This document shows positions 45,661 to 55,634 of a DNA stretch of 64,000 nt, in pieces; position 1 is the first letter of the stretch; each line of letters starts with the position of its first letter. Both the position numbers and the translations under genes were made by a program. Under the pieces are notes generated by a model. It had not been told where the DNA came from. It searched no databases and saw nothing but the letters and a program-made list of their open reading frames with translations. The DNA comes from Thermomicrobiales bacterium (lineage in GTDB: Bacteria; Chloroflexota; Chloroflexia; Thermomicrobiales; UBA6265), in NCBI GenBank assembly GCA_034431475.1, contig DAOUDE010000062.1:21192-85191 (forward strand), given 5' to 3'.

Positions 45661-46884
45661 GTGATCCGCGACGAGATTCGATCACCGCTCCTCCCTGGCG
45701 GCGACATCTTCGCCGCACTCCTTGATCGAGATGTGATGACCTTCGCGGATCGCGGGGGCGCCAGCAACATCATTGGTGACCGCTGGGCCGACCTGGCGGC
45801 TGCCCACGCCGTCGGTTGGTCCGGCGGGCTCGGGTGGATCGAGCTGGCGGACGGTGACACCGCGCCCATCGACCGCGTTGATCGCCTGGACGCGACACCC
45901 CGCATTGCCGCCGAGGCCTCCCGGCACGGCCTGCAGAACCCCGACCTCCTGCTGATTGGCGGTGACGACCAGGGACAGGTCATCCAGGCGGCCGACGCCA
46001 AGTTTTCGATCGAAACGGCCCGCTCGAAGCAGGTCAGCCCGGAAGTGGTGCTGGCGCTGCTCGGGCTGCGCGACCGCCTGCCTGAGCTTCTGCCTGATCT
46101 GGACGGCAGCGCGCACGTCGAGCCGGGGATCTTCCTCGCGCCGGACTACCCACTGACGCACCTGGTGTTGCGGGGTGACCGCCGTGGCCTGCGCGGTATC
46201 ATGCGCCCCACGGTTGAACCGCACGAAGTCGTGCTGGTGCCGACTGATCCGGCGCACTTCTGGGATGGCGTCCCGGGTGCGAGCGTCATTGCCCCGCTGG
46301 CAGAACTGGATGATCTGTCGCTCCGGCCCGAGTCGAGCCTGCTGACAGGGGTCTACTACTTCCGGCTGGCGCGGGCGGCGGTGGGGTTCTGGCTGGACGC
46401 CACCAAGCCGCTCCTGCTCTTCAACGATCGCGTCGAACTGGACGAGGCCGCGGTGCGGGCGGAGGCCGAGCGTCGCGCTCGCCATGCGGAATCGGCGATT
46501 TCGCTCATCTGGCAGTGGGACGCTGACGTGCAGACCGTGCGCAATCAGCGCGCCAGTGTCGAGCAGGTTGCGGGGCTGCCGATCCCGGGCCGCGAGTTGC
46601 GCCCGCGCGCGGCGGAAATCTCCGAGAGCCTGGGCGCTGAAGCACCGTCGGCGAACCAGGTGCGCCGCCGGCTGAGTACGTGGTTTCGCGCCGAGTTGCG
46701 CTCGCGCATCGGGCCGGTCAATCCGCCTGTCGCGAATCTCCCTGAAGTCCTGCGTCAGATTGCCCAGATCGGCAAGGAATTGACGCCGCAGGCGGATCGG
46801 GAACTGGAGCGGGTCGTCCGGGAACTGGTCGCGGAAGCTCAGGGCGGGGGGCCGGTCGCCGTGGCCGTCGCCAACGGGGAGTAG
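45661..46884 (+). CDS. hypothetical protein (407 aa) with PD-(D/E)xK-like motif
   Basis: GC3-rich ORF with a GTG start. NPDLLLIGGDDQGQVIQAADAKFSIE (D95...D112-A-K114) resembles a restriction-endonuclease-fold core. No family recognised. Confidence 0.55.
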   Translation: MIRDEIRSPLLPGGDIFAALLDRDVMTFADRGGASNIIGDRWADLAAAHAVGWSGGLGWIELADGDTAPIDRVDRLDATPRIAAEASRHGLQNPDLLLIGGDDQGQVIQAADAKFSIETARSKQVSPEVVLALLGLRDRLPELLPDLDGSAHVEPGIFLAPDYPLTHLVLRGDRRGLRGIMRPTVEPHEVVLVPTDPAHFWDGVPGASVIAPLAELDDLSLRPESSLLTGVYYFRLARAAVGFWLDATKPLLLFNDRVELDEAAVRAEAERRARHAESAISLIWQWDADVQTVRNQRASVEQVAGLPIPGRELRPRAAEISESLGAEAPSANQVRRRLSTWFRAELRSRIGPVNPPVANLPEVLRQIAQIGKELTPQADRELERVVRELVAEAQGGGPVAVAVANGE

Positions 46885-46890
46885 CGGCGT

Positions 46891-48156
46891 TCAGATTTCC
46901 CGGACTGCCGGAGACGCCAGCCCCAGCACCGCCGTCAGCACGGTCGAGATGATGGCGCCGCCCGCCACGGCAATCTGCACGCCAAATCGGTCTGCGGCCA
47001 GGCCCATCGGCAAGGCGCCGAGTGGCATCAGGCCCCACGTCAACATGTACGCACCCATGACGCGGCCCCGGAACTCGTCACTCACCCGGTGCTGCAGGAG
47101 GACATTGTTCGCGCCCATGAAGGCGGAGCCCAGCAAACTCCCGAGGAACATCATGGGGAGTGACAGCCAGAGATGCGTCGAGAACGCGACGATGGCCACG
47201 ACGAATCCGTACATCACGGTCGTCATGATCAGGATTTTTCCAGCGCCCTGGATGCTCTGGCGCGAGGCGACAAGAAGCGAACCGACGACCGCCCCACATC
47301 CCGACACGGCCATGAAGAGCCCAAGGCCCTGGGCGCCAATTTTGAAGATATCGCGCGCGAAGACATTGAAGAAACCGATGTACGGGAAAACGAAGAACAT
47401 GGGAATTGCGGCAAGCAGGAAGAGCCCGCGCAAATCTGGCCGCGCGACCATCAACCGCACGCCATCGAACACGCCTCGGCTGCCGGTGGCAAGGGCCTGA
47501 CGCGGAGGGAGGACAATACGCATCACCAGCGCGAACGCGATGGCGATTGCCACGGCCTGGACGATGAACGTCTCTCCCACACCAACTGTGCCAATCACCA
47601 CACCGGCAATCGACGGGCCAACCACGCGGGTCATGTTCTGCCCGGCGCTCATCAGCCCGATGGCGTTCGTGAGGCCACTGCGGGGCACCAGCGTCGGTAC
47701 GAGCGATTGCTGCGTTGGAGACAACAGCGCCTGCAGGGAACCATTCAGCACCGCCGCAATAGGCAGATGCCAGGTCTGTACGAAGCCGGAAATGACATCG
47801 ACGGCCATCACGGACGCCAGAACCACGGCGAGAGCCTGGCAGATCAACATCAACTTGCGACGATCCATGCGGTCGATCAGTGACCCGCCCAACGGTGCAA
47901 CGATGATGAAGGGGATGCCGGCCGCGAAGGTGACGATGCCAACAAACCCTGGTGAGTTGGTCATGTCGATGGCCAACCAGCCGAGCGCCACCTGCTGCAT
48001 CCACTGCCCGGTTGAGGCTGCCAACGCCGCAAACCAGAGCAGGCGAAAGACGGGATACGTGGTCAGAGAACCCCAGAATCGGCCACGCGCCGGGGTCAGG
48101 GGTTCATCAAGGTCGACAGCAGGAAGTGCGGACGCGCTCGTTTCGCGCAGGGCCAA
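46891..48156 (-). CDS. MFS transporter
   Basis: 12 predicted TM segments and an MFS-type loop motif GGSLIDRMDRRKLM between TM2 and TM3. Confidence 0.85.
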   Translation of the reverse strand: MALRETSASALPAVDLDEPLTPARGRFWGSLTTYPVFRLLWFAALAASTGQWMQQVALGWLAIDMTNSPGFVGIVTFAAGIPFIIVAPLGGSLIDRMDRRKLMLICQALAVVLASVMAVDVISGFVQTWHLPIAAVLNGSLQALLSPTQQSLVPTLVPRSGLTNAIGLMSAGQNMTRVVGPSIAGVVIGTVGVGETFIVQAVAIAIAFALVMRIVLPPRQALATGSRGVFDGVRLMVARPDLRGLFLLAAIPMFFVFPYIGFFNVFARDIFKIGAQGLGLFMAVSGCGAVVGSLLVASRQSIQGAGKILIMTTVMYGFVVAIVAFSTHLWLSLPMMFLGSLLGSAFMGANNVLLQHRVSDEFRGRVMGAYMLTWGLMPLGALPMGLAADRFGVQIAVAGGAIISTVLTAVLGLASPAVREI

Positions 48157-48334
48157 GGTTCAGTCTCCGGAATGCAGCCGGCCGCATTGGCGCCAGAGCC
48201 TGCGGAGGGTGGCGGGACTATAGCATCGGGTGGAAAGAAACCGGGCGATTGTGCGTAAACGCTATGCTTTCGCGCTGACACAGGCAGGGCCCATCGCAGA
48301 AGGGCCAGCCAGGTGGGGAAGGGGTGACACTCAG

Positions 48335-49402
48335 GTGAAGGGATTGGTGCTGGCGGGAGGCAAGGGATCCCGGCTGCGTCCGCTAACCGCCACCGGCGCC
48401 AAGCAGCTCGTGCCGGTGGCGAACAAGCCGGTGTTGTTCTACGCGCTGGACCAACTGGTCGAGGCCGGGATCACCGATATCGGTATCATCACCGGCGATA
48501 CCGCCGCACAGGTTATGGAAGCGGTCGGCGACGGCTCGGCTTTTGGCGCGAAGGTCACCTATATCCCGCAACCGCAACCACTCGGCCTCGCCCACGCCAT
48601 CATCACCGCCCAGGACTGGCTGGGTGATGACCCATTCTGTATGTTCCTGGGCGATAACTTCTTGCGCGGGGGGATTAGCCGCTACGCCGACGCCTTCCGT
48701 GAGCGCCCGATGGCCGCGCAGATTCTGCTGCGCCGTGTCGACGATCCCTCGTCTCTCGGCGTTGCGGTGCTCGATGACGACGGGCGAGTCGCGCGGCTCG
48801 TCGAGAAGCCGAAAGAGTTCGTCTCTGACCTTGCGGTGATCGGCGTCTACTTCTTCAGCCCACAGGTGCACACCATTACCCCGCGTCTGGAACCCTCCGG
48901 CCGTGGCGAACTCGAGATCACGGACGCCATCCAGGGCCTGATCGATGACGGCGGGGACGTGCTGGCGCAGACGATCAGCGACGACTGGATCGACACGGGC
49001 AAGAAGGACGACATGCTGGAGGCGAACCGGCTCGTCCTGAACCTGTTGCAGGGGAGGATTGACGGGACCGTCGATCCCGACTCCACTCTTGTCGGCCCGG
49101 TTGTGGTGGAAGAGGGCGCGCGCGTGAGCGGCAGTACCATCCGCGGCCCGGTGGTCATCGGCGCGGGCACGGCGGTACGGGACGCCTACGTCGGGCCTTT
49201 CACCGCGATCGGCCCAGATTGCCTCCTGGAGAGCTGCGAAATCGAGAACTCGATCATGCTCGCGTCCAGCACGGTGCGCGGTGTGGAGCGCCGCATCGCG
49301 GACTCCCTGATTGGCCGTGAGGTCATGATCGAGGGCTCGCGGTTGAAGCCACATGCGATCCGCCTGCTGCTGGGAGATCACTCGCGTGTCGATGTCATCT
49401 GA
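48335..49402 (+). CDS. glucose-1-phosphate thymidylyltransferase (long form with C-terminal left-handed beta-helix)
   Basis: VKGLVLAGGKGSRLRPLTATGAKQLVPVANKP is the nucleotidyltransferase signature. The C-terminus has hexapeptide-repeat-like sequence. The GTG at 48335 gives 355 aa. Confidence 0.88.
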   Translation: MKGLVLAGGKGSRLRPLTATGAKQLVPVANKPVLFYALDQLVEAGITDIGIITGDTAAQVMEAVGDGSAFGAKVTYIPQPQPLGLAHAIITAQDWLGDDPFCMFLGDNFLRGGISRYADAFRERPMAAQILLRRVDDPSSLGVAVLDDDGRVARLVEKPKEFVSDLAVIGVYFFSPQVHTITPRLEPSGRGELEITDAIQGLIDDGGDVLAQTISDDWIDTGKKDDMLEANRLVLNLLQGRIDGTVDPDSTLVGPVVVEEGARVSGSTIRGPVVIGAGTAVRDAYVGPFTAIGPDCLLESCEIENSIMLASSTVRGVERRIADSLIGREVMIEGSRLKPHAIRLLLGDHSRVDVI

Positions 49403-50315
49403 TCTCGGCGGCCAGCGCGTCCTGGTCACCGGCGCAGCGGGACAGCTCGGGCACTACCTGCGTGCGCAATTGCCCGCAACTGGCGCAACGGTCCTCACGA
49501 CCGGCCGCCAGCCCGCGCCGGACATCGACCACCCTGCGGACCTGGCGGACGCACCCAGCGTTGCGGTGCTCCTATCTACCGTACGCCCGGACGTCATCAT
49601 CCACGCCGCTGCATGCACCGATGTTGACGGTATCGAATGCGAGCCCGGCCGTGGCCAGGCAGGGAACGCCCTTGCCACGCGTAACCTGGCCGAGGCCGCT
49701 GCCGCGCACGGCATCTATCTCCTCGCTGTCAGCACCGATATGGTGTTCCCCGGCGACGGTGGCGCGCCCTACCCCGAGGACGCCGCCACGCGTCCCATCT
49801 CCGCCTATGGCGCCTCCAAGCTGGCTGCGGAAGAAGCCGTGCTCGCCGCCAGCCCAGCATTCGGGATCGGACGCACGGCCTGGCTCTACGGGGGAGCGGG
49901 GAAGCATTTTCCTCGCACCGTGCTAACCGTGTTGCGGGACCGAGGCAGTATGGAGGTGGTGGACGACGAGATCGGCAGCCCCACTTTTGCCGGCGACCTG
50001 GCGGCTGCGTTGCTCGGGGCCGCGGCACTCAGGGCCTCGGGCGTGCTGCACCTGGCGAACGAGGGGGGTACCTCCCGTTTTGGTTTGGCGCGGGAAACGG
50101 CGCGGCTGGCCGGTCTGCCACCCGAGTTGGTGCGCCCAACCTCGACGGCCGCGTTTCTGGCGCGCTATCCCTTGCCAGCGGCCCGGCCCGCCGATAGCCG
50201 CCTGGCCAACATCCGCGCCGCCGCGCTTGGAGTTGCCCTGCGGCCCTGGCCGGATGCACTTGCTGACTACGTGCCGCACCTGGCGGCGGAATTGGGCCTG
50301 AACCGCGCCCAGTAA
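49392..50315 (+). CDS. rfbD: dTDP-4-dehydrorhamnose reductase
   Basis: VLVTGAAGQLG, YGASKLAAE (the YxxxK motif) and the length fit RfbD/RmlD. The ATG at 49392 overlaps the upstream gene end. Confidence 0.88.
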   Translation: MSSDLGGQRVLVTGAAGQLGHYLRAQLPATGATVLTTGRQPAPDIDHPADLADAPSVAVLLSTVRPDVIIHAAACTDVDGIECEPGRGQAGNALATRNLAEAAAAHGIYLLAVSTDMVFPGDGGAPYPEDAATRPISAYGASKLAAEEAVLAASPAFGIGRTAWLYGGAGKHFPRTVLTVLRDRGSMEVVDDEIGSPTFAGDLAAALLGAAALRASGVLHLANEGGTSRFGLARETARLAGLPPELVRPTSTAAFLARYPLPAARPADSRLANIRAAALGVALRPWPDALADYVPHLAAELGLNRAQ

Positions 50316-50328
50316 AGGACATGTCTCC

Positions 50329-51369
50329 ATGCGCATTCTCGTCACTGGTGCGGCCGGATTCATTGGCTCCGCGTACGTCCGCCACGTCCTGGCTCACCAG
50401 CCCAACGATGAGGTCATCGGGCTGGATCTGTTGACGTACGCCGGCAACCTGGCCAATCTCTCGGAGTTGCATGAAGACCAGCGCTTCCGCTTCGTGCAGG
50501 CGGACATTGCGAACGCCGGCGCCATCGACGACATCACCGCCGACGTTGACGCCATCGTCAACTTCGCGGCCGAAACGCACGTCGATCGTTCACTGCTCGA
50601 TCCGCAAGCCTTTGCACGGGCCAACGTAATCGGCGTAATGACGCTGCTGGAGGCCGCGCGCAAGCGGGGACTGCGCATGCTCCAGGTAAGTACCGATGAG
50701 GTCTACGGCCACATCCCGGAAGGCGACCTGGCGACGGAGGATTACCCGCTTCGCCCGCGATCCCCGTATTCGGCGGCCAAGGCCGGCGGCGAGTTGATGT
50801 GCCAGTCCTACGCCATCTCCTACGGCACCGACGTGGTGACCACGCGCGGCGCAAATACAATCGGGCCGCGCCAGTATCCGGAGAAAGTGGTGCCCCTGTT
50901 CATCACGAACGCGCTCATGGATGAGCCGCTGCCGGTCTACGGCGACGGCAAGCAGGTGCGGAACTGGCTCCACGCGGAGGATCATGCGGCCGCCATCGAT
51001 CTCGTGCTGCGGCAGGGCCGTAGCGGCGAGGCCTACAACGTCGGCGCCGATCACGAACGTGAAAATCTCGAGGTGGTGCAGGCGATCCTGGATCGGGTCG
51101 GCAAGCCACGCTCCCTGGTGCGGCACGTTGCGGATCGGCCCGGACACGACCGCCGGTACGGACTCGACACCACACGCATTCGGCAGGAGCTCGGCTGGCG
51201 CGAGACGCGTGACTGGCAACAAACGATGGATGACACGATCGATTGGTACCTGAACAACCCGGAGTGGTGGCGCGCGATCCGCGAGGGAGACGAGCGCTTC
51301 GCCGCGTACTACGAACAGCAGTACCGGGACCGGCTGCAAAACGCACAACCCGGCGTGGCTGTCGGATAG
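50329..51369 (+). CDS. rfbB: dTDP-glucose 4,6-dehydratase
   Basis: MRILVTGAAGFIGS, FAAETHVDRS, STDEVYG, YSAAKAG and DHERENLE are the RmlB SDR-extended motifs. Confidence 0.93.
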   Translation: MRILVTGAAGFIGSAYVRHVLAHQPNDEVIGLDLLTYAGNLANLSELHEDQRFRFVQADIANAGAIDDITADVDAIVNFAAETHVDRSLLDPQAFARANVIGVMTLLEAARKRGLRMLQVSTDEVYGHIPEGDLATEDYPLRPRSPYSAAKAGGELMCQSYAISYGTDVVTTRGANTIGPRQYPEKVVPLFITNALMDEPLPVYGDGKQVRNWLHAEDHAAAIDLVLRQGRSGEAYNVGADHERENLEVVQAILDRVGKPRSLVRHVADRPGHDRRYGLDTTRIRQELGWRETRDWQQTMDDTIDWYLNNPEWWRAIREGDERFAAYYEQQYRDRLQNAQPGVAVG

Positions 51370-51386
51370 GCTGCCAGAAAACCCTC

Positions 51387-51415
51387 ACGACAACGCCGAA
51401 ATCGAACGCTATACT
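51387..51415 (+). promoter_or_regulatory. candidate sigma70-type promoter for coxSLM (ACGACA-17 nt-TATACT)
   Basis: -35-like ACGACA (51387-51392), a 17-nt spacer, then -10 TATACT (51410-51415). This implies a ~185-nt leader before the coxS ATG. Sequence-only guess. Confidence 0.25.
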
Positions 51416-51606
51416 CCGGGCCACATGCAAGAGCCGGGGCACAAGGTCCGCCGTGGTGGCGCGGCGGCTGCGATGCACCCTGTGGCACGCGGTGGGAGCA
51501 TCCTGCACAAGGGGCTGCCGCCCGCTCCCGGGGAGCGGCGACGAGTGAGTGCGCAAAGCCGGGCGATGTCGCAACGGCTGCAAGCGAGTGAAGGAGTGCG
51601 AACACC

Positions 51607-52215
51607 ATGGCAACGACTGTCGCGGCGCCAGGCCGAGTCGCGGTGCGCATGACCGTTAACGGCGTGGAGTACGCCGCCGAAGTCGAGCCGCGGCTGCTGC
51701 TGGTCAGCTTCCTCCGCGAAAATCTGGGCCTGACTGGCACCCACATCGGCTGTGACACCAGCCAGTGCGGCGCCTGTGTCGTGCATATCGACGGCGCGCC
51801 GGTCAAGAGTTGCACGACCTTCGCCGTGCAGGCAAACGGCGCAACGATCACCACCATCGAGGGCATGGCCAGGAACGGTGAGTACGACGCGGTGCAGATG
51901 GGCTTCTGGGAGATGCACGGGTTGCAGTGCGGCTACTGCACCCCCGGCATGATCATGAACGCAGCCGCGTTCCTGGACCGCAACCCGAACCCGACCGAAG
52001 CGGAAATTCGCCACTCGCTCGAGGGCAACATCTGCCGCTGCACCGGTTACCAGAACATCGTCAAGGCGATCCAGTTCGCCGCCGATCAGCGGCGCGGAAT
52101 GGCAAAGAAGCCGGGCGATGGCACCGACCTCAGCTTCGAGCACGAGCAGGGCCTGGACATGGAGCCTGAGAACACCCAGGAGTGGGGTGATCAGGTCGCT
52201 GGCGAAGAGAGCTAG
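51607..52215 (+). CDS. coxS: molybdenum hydroxylase small subunit, [2Fe-2S]-binding (CoxS-like)
   Basis: [12 protein letters not shown] (plant-type ferredoxin cluster) and [11 protein letters not shown]...NICRCTGY (second cluster). Confidence 0.9.
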   Translation: MATTVAAPGRVAVRMTVNGVEYAAEVEPRLLLVSFLRENLGLTGTHIGCDTSQCGACVVHIDGAPVKSCTTFAVQANGATITTIEGMARNGEYDAVQMGFWEMHGLQCGYCTPGMIMNAAAFLDRNPNPTEAEIRHSLEGNICRCTGYQNIVKAIQFAADQRRGMAKKPGDGTDLSFEHEQGLDMEPENTQEWGDQVAGEES

Positions 52216-52328
52216 CGGAAGGCGGCATCCCACATGCAGGCGATGCGCCAGGTGCCGAGAGCACGACGCATCAACGCAGACGGTGAGGCGGCAACGTAGC
52301 CACCCGAACGTCCCTGGAGGGGAGTGTC

Positions 52329-54716
52329 ATGACAGCAACCGTCGAGGCTCCACAGAAATACGTCGGCCAGCCACTGCGCCGGCGCGAAGACCCGAAGCTG
52401 ATGACCGGCGCCGGCCGCTTCCTGGATGACATCAAGCTACCCGGCATGGCCTATGCCGCCGTGCTGCGCTCACCGGTCGCACACGCCAACATCCGCAGCA
52501 TCGACACCAGCGAGGCGCTGGCGATGCCGGGTGTCGTGGGCGTGTTTACCGGCGAAGACGTGGCGGATGTCAACCCGCTGCCCTGTGCGTGGCAAGCCGC
52601 CGGAGTGGACAACTTCGTCAATACGCCGCGCATGCTGGCGCTTGGCGCGGTCAAGCAGGTCGGTGATCCGATTGCGGTGGTCGTGGCCGAGAGTGTCTAC
52701 CAGGCGAACGACGCACTGGAGGCGATCGAGGTCGACTTTGAGGAACTTCCCGCCGTCACCGACGCGCGGGATGCGATCAAGGCCGGCGCGCCGCAACTGC
52801 ATGAGAATGCTGCCGGCAACATCGTCATGCACTGGACCTGCGGCAAGGACGTGGCCACCGTCGATCAGGCCCTGGCTGACGCGCACGTCCGCGTCAGCCA
52901 GGCGCTGACGAACCAGCGCCTGATTCCCACGGCCATGGAGACGCGTGGCTCGGTCGGGCAGTACGACGCGGGGACCGAGGAGTACACCCTCTGGGCAACC
53001 TCCCAAGCGCCACACGTCCACAAGTTGCTCGTCGCCGCCTTCATTTTGGGCGTGCCGGAGCAGAAAGTGCGGGTGATCGCGCCGGACGTTGGCGGCGGGT
53101 TCGGCTCCAAGATCTTTATGTACTTCGACTACCCGCTGGTGCTCTGGCTGGCAAAGAAGCTGGGCCGCCCCGTGAAGTACATGGAGGACCGCACCGAGAA
53201 CTACCTGCACACCACCCACGGCCGGGATCACCAGACGGACGTGGAGATCGGCGCGACGAAGGACGGCAAGATCACCGCGCTCAAGGTGACGACGCTGGCG
53301 AACCTCGGTGCGTACCTTTCCACGGTCGCCCCGGGTATTCCGACCACGCTCTATGGCCGCATGATCGCCGGCTGCTACAAGATTCCGAACATCCACGTGG
53401 ACGTGCGCGGGGTGTACTCCAACACGGCCATGGTGGACGCGTACCGGGGCGCGGGCCGGCCGGAAGCGACCTTTGTGATCGAGCGGGTCTGCGACCTGGT
53501 GGCGGACGCCACCGGGCTCGATCCGGCCGAGGTGCGCCGTCGCAACTTCATCCAGCCAGAAGATTTCCCGTTCGATACCGGCATTGGCATGCTGCCCTAC
53601 GACAGCGGCAACTACGGGCCAGCCCTGGATCGGGCGCAGGAGATCATCGGCTACGAGCAACTGAAGGCCGAACAGGCGGCACGCCGCGCAAGCAACGCGC
53701 AGAAGCTCCTTGGAATCGGGGTGTCATCGTACGTCGAGGTCTGCGGCATCGCACCCTCGAAGTGGATCGGCCTCGGGGGCGAAGGCTGGGGCGCCGGGCT
53801 CTACGAGAGCGCCATGGTCCGCGTCTACCTCACCGGCAAGGTAACGGTCACCACTGGCTCGCTGCCGCATGGCCAGGGGCACGAGACCTCGTTCGCGCAA
53901 CTTGTGGCGGACGAGCTTGGTGTGCCGTACGAGGACATCGAGGTCGAGCACTCCGACACCAAGGGCGCGCCGTTCGGCTTTGGCACCTACGGCAGCCGCT
54001 CGCTGGCTGTCGGTGGCACCGCGATCCACAAGAGCGTCGCCAAGATCCGGGAGAAGGCGCGCCTGCTGGCCGCCCACCTGCTGGAGGCCGCGCCGGAAGA
54101 CGTCATCTACGAGAACGGCAAGGCGTACGTGAAGGGCTCGCCGGAAGCGGCGAAGACGATTCAGGATATCGCGCTGCAGGCGCACATCGCCTACGACCTG
54201 CCGGCGGGCATGGAGCCTGGCCTGGAAGCGATTACCTACTACGACCCGCCGAACTGCACGTTCCCCTTTGGCACGCACATCAGCGTGGTGGAGGTGGATC
54301 GTGACACCGGCCACGTTGATCTGATCCGCTACGTGGCGGTGGACGACGTCGGCAACGTCATCAACCCGCTGATCGTGGACGGCCAGCTCCACGGCGGCAT
54401 CGCCCAGGGCGTGGCCCAGGCGATGTGGGAGGGCGCGGTCTACACCGCCGACGGCGAACTGGTGACGGCGACCATGAACGAGTACGCGGTGCCGAAGGCC
54501 AGCATGTTCCCGATGTACGAGTTGGACCGTACCGTGACGACCACGCCGGTGAACCCGATGGGCGCCAAGGGCGCGGGCGAGGCTGGCACCATCGGCTCGA
54601 CGCCGTGCGTGGCCAACGCCGTGATTGACGCACTGTCCCACCTTGGGATCAAGCACCTGGACATGCCGTACACGCCGGAGCGCGTCTGGCGAGCGATGCA
54701 GGCCGCGACGGCCTGA
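52329..54716 (+). CDS. coxL: molybdenum hydroxylase large subunit, form II CoxL-like (AYRGAGR active-site loop)
   Basis: 795 aa with xanthine-dehydrogenase-family a/b-hammerhead and MoCo-binding motifs. The active-site loop AYRGAGR is encoded at 53439-53459, not the form I AYxCSFR. Confidence 0.9.
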   Translation: MTATVEAPQKYVGQPLRRREDPKLMTGAGRFLDDIKLPGMAYAAVLRSPVAHANIRSIDTSEALAMPGVVGVFTGEDVADVNPLPCAWQAAGVDNFVNTPRMLALGAVKQVGDPIAVVVAESVYQANDALEAIEVDFEELPAVTDARDAIKAGAPQLHENAAGNIVMHWTCGKDVATVDQALADAHVRVSQALTNQRLIPTAMETRGSVGQYDAGTEEYTLWATSQAPHVHKLLVAAFILGVPEQKVRVIAPDVGGGFGSKIFMYFDYPLVLWLAKKLGRPVKYMEDRTENYLHTTHGRDHQTDVEIGATKDGKITALKVTTLANLGAYLSTVAPGIPTTLYGRMIAGCYKIPNIHVDVRGVYSNTAMVDAYRGAGRPEATFVIERVCDLVADATGLDPAEVRRRNFIQPEDFPFDTGIGMLPYDSGNYGPALDRAQEIIGYEQLKAEQAARRASNAQKLLGIGVSSYVEVCGIAPSKWIGLGGEGWGAGLYESAMVRVYLTGKVTVTTGSLPHGQGHETSFAQLVADELGVPYEDIEVEHSDTKGAPFGFGTYGSRSLAVGGTAIHKSVAKIREKARLLAAHLLEAAPEDVIYENGKAYVKGSPEAAKTIQDIALQAHIAYDLPAGMEPGLEAITYYDPPNCTFPFGTHISVVEVDRDTGHVDLIRYVAVDDVGNVINPLIVDGQLHGGIAQGVAQAMWEGAVYTADGELVTATMNEYAVPKASMFPMYELDRTVTTTPVNPMGAKGAGEAGTIGSTPCVANAVIDALSHLGIKHLDMPYTPERVWRAMQAATA

Positions 54717-54771
54717 GACGAGTGGAGCAACGAGCAACGGCGGCTGCGCCGGGGCGCGAGGGAGGAATGCC

Positions 54772-55626
54772 GTGTTCCCGAATCAATTCGATTATCACCG
54801 GCCCGCGAGCGTCGATGAGGCGGTCGCCCTGCTGGCAGCGGACCCGGACGCCAAGTTGCTGGCGGGCGGCCACTCGCTGGTGCCGGCCATGAAGCTGCGT
54901 CTGGCGTCGCCATCCGCGCTGGTCGACCTCAGCGGCGTGGCAGGCCTCTCGGGTATCCAGGCCAACGGCAAGGTCACCATCGGCGCAATGACCACGTACG
55001 CGGCCCTGCGCGACTCGAAGGAGCTTGCCGCAGCGATGCCGATCATCCCGGAGACCGCCGACAACGTCGGCGATCCGGCGGTACAGGCCCGGGGCACGCT
55101 CGGTGGAGCACTGGCGCACTCCGATCCGGCGGCAGATTTCACCGCCGTCTTCCTGGCGCTCGACGGCTCGGTCGATGTCACCGGCTCCGGTGGCAAGCGC
55201 ACGATCGGCGCGGATGATCTCTTCGTCGATCTCTTTACGACCGATCTGGCCCCGGACGAGATCATCACCTCGGTCAGCTTCCCGGCGGCAAAGGCCGGGA
55301 GCGTGGCGGCCTACGAGAAGTTCCGCCACCCGGCATCTGGCTACGCCGTGGTTGGGATCGCGGTGGTGGTGAATGCAGGCTCTGATGGCGTGGTCGATTC
55401 CGCGCGCATCGCCGTCACCGGCGCCACCAGCAAGGCCACGCGCGCCACGGCGGCGGAGGCCGCCCTCAAGGGCAAGAAGCTGAGCGACGAGTCGATCGCC
55501 GCAGCCGCAGCCGTCGCGGCTGATGGCCTCGAGGTCAACGGCGATCACTTCGCCTCTGAGGATTACCGTCGCCACCTGATCGGTGTCCTCACCGAGCGCG
55601 CGCTCAAGAAGGCAGCCGCGCAGTAG
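54772..55626 (+). CDS. coxM: molybdenum hydroxylase medium subunit, FAD-binding (CoxM-like)
   Basis: FDYHRPASVDEAVALL...LLAGGHSLVPAMKLR and GDPAVQARGTLGG are FAD-binding PCMH-type motifs. The GTG at 54772 is preceded by GGGAGG. Confidence 0.88.
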   Translation: MFPNQFDYHRPASVDEAVALLAADPDAKLLAGGHSLVPAMKLRLASPSALVDLSGVAGLSGIQANGKVTIGAMTTYAALRDSKELAAAMPIIPETADNVGDPAVQARGTLGGALAHSDPAADFTAVFLALDGSVDVTGSGGKRTIGADDLFVDLFTTDLAPDEIITSVSFPAAKAGSVAAYEKFRHPASGYAVVGIAVVVNAGSDGVVDSARIAVTGATSKATRATAAEAALKGKKLSDESIAAAAAVAADGLEVNGDHFASEDYRRHLIGVLTERALKKAAAQ

Positions 55627-55634
55627 GGACCGTC

